Shown: in pieces, positions 57,043 to 64,000 of the stretch
How the letters are laid out: every line of letters begins with the position of its first letter
Position numbering within the stretch: position 1 is the first letter of the stretch
Origin: Eledone cirrhosa
Taxonomy: Eukaryota
Length of the DNA stretch: 64,000 nucleotides
NCBI GenBank assembly: GCA_964016885.1
Contig: OZ024746.1
Span: 76,322,001-76,386,000, forward strand
Reading direction: 5' to 3'
The notes under the pieces: generated by a model
What the model saw: the letters and a program-made list of their open reading frames with translations, nothing else
The model's database searches: none
What the model was told of the DNA's origin: nothing
Translations under genes and position numbers: made by a program

Positions 57043-59600
57043 TTGGGAGTTACCAGTTTAGACTAGTAAGACCATTGTTCAACTTAGTACAGTGTTGGCA
57101 GGGCCAGCACATAACAGAAATATTTATTATGAAGTGTCTATGGTGTCTCTCCGTGAATGATGTGCATTATGCTAAAAGGGTATATTTCTTACGTTTTTTG
57201 ACAACCTCTTTAGTGCTAATGCCAGAATAAATTGTACTTAGTCCACCCTGTAAAGTGGTAGTGTTGGTGCTATAATAAAACACACCAAGTCCACCCAGTA
57301 AGGTTGTTGGTGATAGGAAGGGCATGCAGCTGTACAAACTATGCCAAATATGGAACATACAAAGAAGATGAGGTTATTCCAATCCATCCAACCCATGCCA
57401 ATGTAGTGAGGGAACATATAAATCATGATGACAACAACAACAATGGTGATGATATTTTGTAGATGCATCTGGGAAGGTTTTTTGGCATATTTTTCAGCCT
57501 TTCTTTATGAAACTCAGTGAACTAATTGTTATAGATATTTTTAGCCAATGTTTTCATTGGGAAACAGCCAAAATCTTCCTTTAACATGCAATTAACACTA
57601 AAGGTGTTAGTTGCCATCAAATTCAATTTTGCAGTGTCAAACTGAAAAGATATTTTACGAGAGGCCATCTATGAGAAAAATACCTTTGAAAATAATTGAT
57701 CCACCACATTTTCTATCTATTTGTGGCTTTCTTATCTAATGAGAATTCTAGCCAGGCTTTCAGTGTTCCAATGTTATCTAGATTCAAAATTACAATAAGA
57801 ATTATTTTTAAACGTTAACCTCAATCTGCATATCAAGATAGAATGGCGAACATTGACTCAGGTAAGTCATACGTCAAGTTTTGCATCATTTTGATTTTAT
57901 TCCAAATCAGCTTCCAAGAATTAATTGATTGTTTTTCTTCTTCATGATCACTTCATCTTAGTTTGTCTTTTTCACTTTGTCTTTTTTTCTTTCTTTCTTG
58001 CTTGCTTTCTCTCTTCTTCATCCATTCTGCCATCTCACTGCCATAGTTTCTTTGTTCTTCTTCTTCCTCCTCCTTTTCTTCATCATAAACTATGATCAGA
58101 GGCCAATCACTGTATACAAGCTGCTCCTATTTTAATTCTACAAACAATCAAGATTGACAAAAGAAGACTAAATCAATGAGGTCAGTGTTTTTCTAAAGTT
58201 TATAGAACAACTAACACACAATGTAGTCAACAGTCTCTCATCTTCTTCTTGACTGTATTTTCTGTGTTTATTTGCCAACATCATCATCATCATTTAACAT
58301 CCATTTTCCTTGTTAGCACAATCAGTGGATATTATATTATGTCACTTTAACTCCTAACATCTTGTACAACATGAAATCACATGAGCAAGTAAGACATTCT
58401 TGAAAAGTATAAAATTGAACTATGATTGAATAACGTAAGAAAATTAAGTCTTTAATTTAATTCACTGAAGATTTTTACAATGATCTGTCAAAAAAGATAC
58501 TATAGACATTTGAATTAACAAACCTTTTGGTGGGCAGAGGGGGGCATTTTCAGCTAAATTATCACAAGATGTTAAGTGTTAATTATGGTTTCTTGAAATC
58601 TCTATACTCAGTATACTCACATTTCTTGTTGTTGTTTGGTTATAGATAAACCCTGATTGAATGCACCCATGATTAAAGGTATTCCAGTCATGACCATGTG
58701 CAGACAAGCAAAAGCTATATTATCCAGCATAATTTTTATAAGACAATAGGGTGTGATTTGAGGTAGATTTGGTTGTTATCTTGCAGATCAAATGATTATG
58801 TAGAGGTTCCTTGACTGATGCATTTCTAGCATATTTAGTTCACTCTAAGTCTATTCATTTGTTTGTTGGGATTAACTGGCATTTATGTGTTGTTTAGTGC
58901 TGGTTTTTTATTTAGTTTTAATTTGATATTTATGGTTTTGTGGTGTTTGGGTTGCTATAAATTTCTGAATTGGATTTGACTTTAATATTGGTATTATATA
59001 TTACAGCCATGAAACTCCAGCCAACACACAGTTCCAATATGTGCAAGGTACAGCGTGGCCATCTGACTAGACTTGCCTCATAACAGGACCACCCATAACA
59101 TGACCCCCATTAAAAGTAAGGCATGGCCCTCATTATGGGATCACCCAGCTCCTAATTTATGGTTCCACTGTAAGCAGAGTATGGTGCAACAAACTGGCCA
59201 GATGCTCCTCATAACGATGCCACCCAGTTCCACACTGTAAACATGGTTGATGTTAGGAAGGGCATCCAGCAGCCATAAAAACCTAGCCAACACAGCCCAA
59301 ATATGAGGAAGGTATGGCGTAGCCAATTGGCCAGACTTGCCTCACAACAGTTCTACCCAGTTCCACATACTATAAGCAAGGCATGGCATGGCCAACTGGC
59401 CTATCCTTCTTCATAATGGTGCCATCCAGTTCCACACTGTAAACTTGGTTGGTGTTAGGAAGAGCATCCAGCTGTAAAAATCCCAGCCAAAATAGTTCCA
59501 TCTGAGCTGAGCAAGGTACGGCATGACCTGCTGGCCAGACTTGTCACATGACCCATCTAACCCATGCAAGTATGGAAAAATAAACATTAAATGGTGATGA

Positions 59601-59644
<44 letters not shown>

Positions 59645-61311
59645 TGTGTATGTGCATGTGCACACGTATCTTCATGTGTGTGATCATATTAGCCCAATGA
59701 TTAAAGAAATAAGCAGGAAAATGTTTCAAGTTTTTTTCTTTTCTTTCCAGCCAGCCATTTTATTCTAGACTGCCCTAGCCTTTGAAGTAATTATCAAAGT
59801 CACTTTGGTTCTCTTCAGTTAGTAATTCAGTCAACTTCAAATGACAAGAATTACCTCGCCTTCATTTAGGTTGGCTTTCAATATGTACCAAAGTTGTGTG
59901 GTTAAGGAGTTCAGTTCACAACCAAGTGATTGGAGTTTCAGTCCAATTGCAGTGTCAAACCTAGGTCAAATGTTTTCTACTAAAGCCTCGGGTTGACTAA
60001 TCCGCCATCATCGTCATTGTTGTCGCCATCATCATCATCATCATGTTTTACATCTGTGTTCTACACTGGTATAAGTTAAGTTGTAACGTTCTGAGACTAG
60101 ATTGGTAGGATGACCACTTGTTCATATTCTACTATTGGATACCCTTCCTAATGCCAACTGGGTGCATTTTATCATGGCACCAACACCAATACCTTACAGA
60201 GTGAGTTGGATACAATTTATCGTGGCACCAGCCTTACTACTTTATAGAGTGAATTGAGGGCATTTTATCATGGCACAAGTCGAACCATTTGCAAAATGCA
60301 CAGGGTGCTTTCCAATGTGACATTAACATTAATGAGTGAAATCTAGTAGACAGAAATATATTTTGAAGAACATATTTCTTTCATACTACAAGTTTTTTTT
60401 TTTTCCATTGAGTTAAATGCAAACTGACATACTTAACTCTTAATGTCCTGCACCACATGAAACCATATTCTTTTTCAAGTATAAAAGATCACTAAAATTA
60501 ATGTAACCAATAGAAATCAAATCCATTATGAGTTCTTAGCTTTAGTCACAATGCATGCCAAAAAAGGCAAGGTAGAGCACATCAAATTAAAATTAATTAA
60601 TAATTAAATGGAGATATATTAAACTGAAGGAGAAATCATTTGTCAATCTCTATTTTCCAACAAGTTAAAAATACATTTCATATGCAACTAGCAGAAATAA
60701 TTCCCATTGGGTGTTATTTCTGATAGTATATATGTTATTGGTGACTGGGTGGTAAATTGCTTGTAATAGATTTATTTGTATTTGTAACATAAAATATAGA
60801 TAAAAACAATCACAGTAAGATGATATAAAAATGGGTGCAAGCTTTAAATGCATTGAAATATGTCAATAACATGTGAGTCATATTTTCATTTGATTCCACC
60901 ACTTTAATAAAGGTTGATTCAAGCTATTAATGTTAGTAATGGCTATATCTCAGTTTTGAGAATTACCATCCCCCCGACCTTTTTTCTTATACATGGTTGG
61001 CATGAACATAATTTTCTAGCCCTGCCAAGGACTTAGATTCCTTTCTGCATATGCTGCAGAGAAAGAAAAAGAAAAGGCCATGTTCATGCAACACATGTGA
61101 AAGTCTTTTAGCTCAGTTGATGCCTGTGCTTGACACCTTTTTAAGTGAAAAAAAAAGGTCTTGCACTGAACTAATCCTATTCTCTGAATAATCGTGACAG
61201 GTATCCAAAAAGAAGGGCAGGTAAACATCATTGGCTGACATTGAGTTGCAGGTCTTACATTAGTATTTTCTTACTCTTAGAATGATCTCCTAAAAAGAAC
61301 TAGGGGTCTCT

Positions 61312-61915
61312 CACTCACATATTGGATAGCAAGCCAAGGGCACTAAATATCCAGGCACACATTGTAGAATTAGTCTAGGGCACTAAATACCCAGACACGC
61401 ACTGTAGGCAAGAGGCACTAAATACCCATGTGCCAACCTTAGTCATATAACATTGATAGATTTCTTATTGAAAGTCGATGAAATGGAGAGACTAGATTTA
61501 TAACTCAACACACACATACACACATAATATAAATATACATATATAATACATACTTTCATTCATTCATTCATTCATTCAAGCAGAGTTTTTGTGCTTAAAC
61601 TTATAAACCTTAATAAATGCCAAAGCAAATCACTGCTTGTATTGAATCTATTAACAACTAACATACACATATTTTTTCAATCAAACACCTCAGGTTCTCA
61701 CTTTAGTATGGCAGCATCGATTTCTGGGTAAACATTTCTGCTGAGGAAAAGAGAAAAATTGATATAGAAAATCGACTTCCATTAGTTTATCATACCTTCT
61801 ATCAGCTAGTTTCAGATTCGATCTATTGTTTTATTAAGATTCATGCATAGTATCTATGCATCTACGTTCTTTGAAAGATCAAAGATTTTTAAAACTATTT
61901 TTTCCCCCTCAGTCA

Positions 61916-61953
<38 letters not shown>

Positions 61954-62603
61954 GTGGGGAGAGCTTTAAGTAGGTAGCAGACATTCAAGAATGTTTTTAT
62001 GACATATTCAATAAAATACTGATAAAGTTCTCCTAGATGTTAGTGTAAAATAAACCGACAAAATAATGCAGTGATTGAATAATATTGAGTTAAAAATCTA
62101 GTCTCTCCATTTTGTTGACTTTCAATAAGAAAACTACCAATGTTACATGGCTAAGGCTGGCACTTGTGTATTTAGTACCATATGGTAGTTCTACAAAGTA
62201 AACCTGGGTATTTAGTGTCCTAGGTTAGCTCTACATGTGCCCAGGTATTTAGTAACCTGGGCTAGCTCTACAATATGTAGCTAGGTATTTAGTAACCTGG
62301 GCTAGCTCTACAATGTGTACCTGGGTATTAAATGCTCTAGGCTAACTCTACAATGTGTGTATGGGTATTTAGTGCCCTGGGCTAGCTCTACAATGTGTGT
62401 CTGGGTATTTAATGCTCTAGGCTAGCTCTATAATGTGTCTGGGTATTTAGTGTCCTAGGCTAGCTCTACAATGTGTCCCTACGTATTGTGCCCTTGGCGA
62501 GCTCTACAAGGTGTGCCTAGGTATTTAATGTCCTTGGTTAGCTCTACATGTGCCTGAGTCATCTGTACAATGTGTGCCTAGGCTAGCTGTTCAATGCGTG
62601 TGC
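61312..62603. mobile_element. Foldback-like element: long inverted arms built from about 40-bp tandem units
   Basis: Left arm 61312-61508 is the reverse complement of right arm 62085-62603; unit GGGTATTTAGTGCCCTGGGCTAGCTCTACAATGTGT occurs about 3 times on the left and about 10 times on the right. Confidence 0.75.
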
Positions 62604-63264
62604 AAATGATTTGTTCTGAGTTCAAATCCTGCTGAGGTCAGCTTTGTCTTTCATCTTTCCAAATTCTACAGAGTATGATATCAGTTGAGTGCTGGAGTTG
62701 ATTTGACCAATTATTATCCCCTCAAAACTGTTGGTCCTATGCCTAAAATCCCATGTACCTGTTGGCTACCAAAAATTCAAGTTAAAATGGAAGAGAAGGA
62801 CACAGTCAAGGAAGGAATGGAAGCACAGTGTGACCAGTGATGTATAAAGTCATCTGATAGACTGGTCAATCCTTCACTCTACCAACATCACATCCTCTCC
62901 AGTGCTGGTACCATGATAAAATGCACCCTGTATACCCAGTAAGGTGGTTGGCATTAGGAAGGGAAAAAATGGAACATATGAGCAAGATATGGTCTTCTGA
63001 CCTTGTCTTGCCTCAGACTGTGACACCCCATGCTAACATGGAAAGCCTTCCTTAACAGTCTCAGAGGACCTGCTGAGGTTAAAGGTCAGGCCCAATCTCA
63101 GAGGCTCATCTAGTGGGAGCTTATTGTGGTTTCATTGGTGTTAAGCAACTGAGATTACAGGGATGCAATTGGTGGGTTAACCCTCATAACTGCTACTACT
63201 CATTTTTAGATGAATTGATGGAGCAAAGTGAAATAAAGTGTTTTGCTCAAGAACACAACACACT

Positions 63265-63625
63265 ACCTGATCCGATGAGGCTTGTCCATCTTGCAAGATC
63301 ACAAATCTGTTCAGAAGCCAGCCCCATATCTGCCAAATCCTCTTCCACAGACCTCAACCGTGTGTGTCTTGCCTTCCCACCTCTCCTAGCTTTCAATTAA
63401 GGGAGGCACTCATTAGTCTTTCTAGAAATATATTGCACTTGACCAAACAATTCTTCCATCTTTCAGTGATGGTATTTCAAAGCTCAGCTCTTTCTATAAT
63501 CTTTTCCTTTGTGATGTGATTATGCAGATATTCTTAGTATGACTCTTTATTACGACGACGGTTTCCTGAAAATCACTCAGCTTGGCCTTTTCTATGGCTT
63601 CATTCATGATGTCACGTCAAGAAAT
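63265..63625 (-). mobile_element. Degenerate RTE-type LINE ORF C-terminus
   Basis: Minus strand reads KARRGGKARHTRLRSVEEDLADMGL..DLARWTSLI, typical of RTE C-termini. Confidence 0.55.
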
Positions 63626-64000
63626 TCTAAGCTGGTTAAATGTTACAAAACCCATTTATCAGTACAAGCACTGCAACATTAAAAGTAAATGTGGTGAGAG
63701 ACCAGAGGCTAGTGCATTTCATGACTGAATAGAAACAAGGTAGGAACTGAGGAATCTTCTGTCTGGAAAAGCACGAGACAACTTTATTGGTGTTGGGGCC
63801 ACAATAAAATGAACCTGTCCATCTTGTAAAGCAATAGTGTTGGTGTCACAATAAAATGCACCCAGTCAACTCCTTAAAGTGGTTGGTGTTAGGAAGAACA
63901 TCCAGCCATAGAAACCATGCCAAATCTGAAATGTATGATTGAGATGAAGTCACTCCAACCCATCCAACCCATGCCAGCATGAAAAGTGGACATAAAAATG

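Noticed and set aside
61020-61110. KKKRPCSCNTCE resembling a C2H2 finger start
   Set aside because: Stop codon immediately after and no His pair in frame.

Overview
AT-rich, microsatellite-dense animal DNA. The SINE/RTE repeat families look octopod (cephalopod), which is an inference. The window holds the 3' 18 coding exons of VPS16 (+, 110-26112), whose reading frame closes only if two minor-spliceosome (U12) introns are used, one of them AT-AC. It also holds an intronless LicD/fukutin-family gene (-, 53049-54062). There are two young, near-identical CR1-group LINEs in inverted orientation: a full-length copy in a VPS16 intron and a 5'-truncated copy downstream. Other mobile DNA includes CRE-, L1/Tx1-, RTE- and mariner-type relics, MITEs, a foldback-like element and many tRNA-derived SINEs. 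Three signals stand out. (1) The LINE ORF2 has no ATG ahead of its endonuclease and is reached in the -1 frame through a G_GGA_AAC slippery heptamer directly before the ORF1 stop. (2) The LINE 3'UTR is tandemly duplicated and the upstream unit carries a one-directional, apparently still accumulating A-to-G cluster, as expected if ADAR-edited RNA was reverse-transcribed into the genome. (3) A family of hammerhead-ribozyme-like hairpin elements is present, one of them sense-oriented just downstream of the VPS16 stop and paired with its own antisense copy. All family assignments come from motif recognition; no database search was run.
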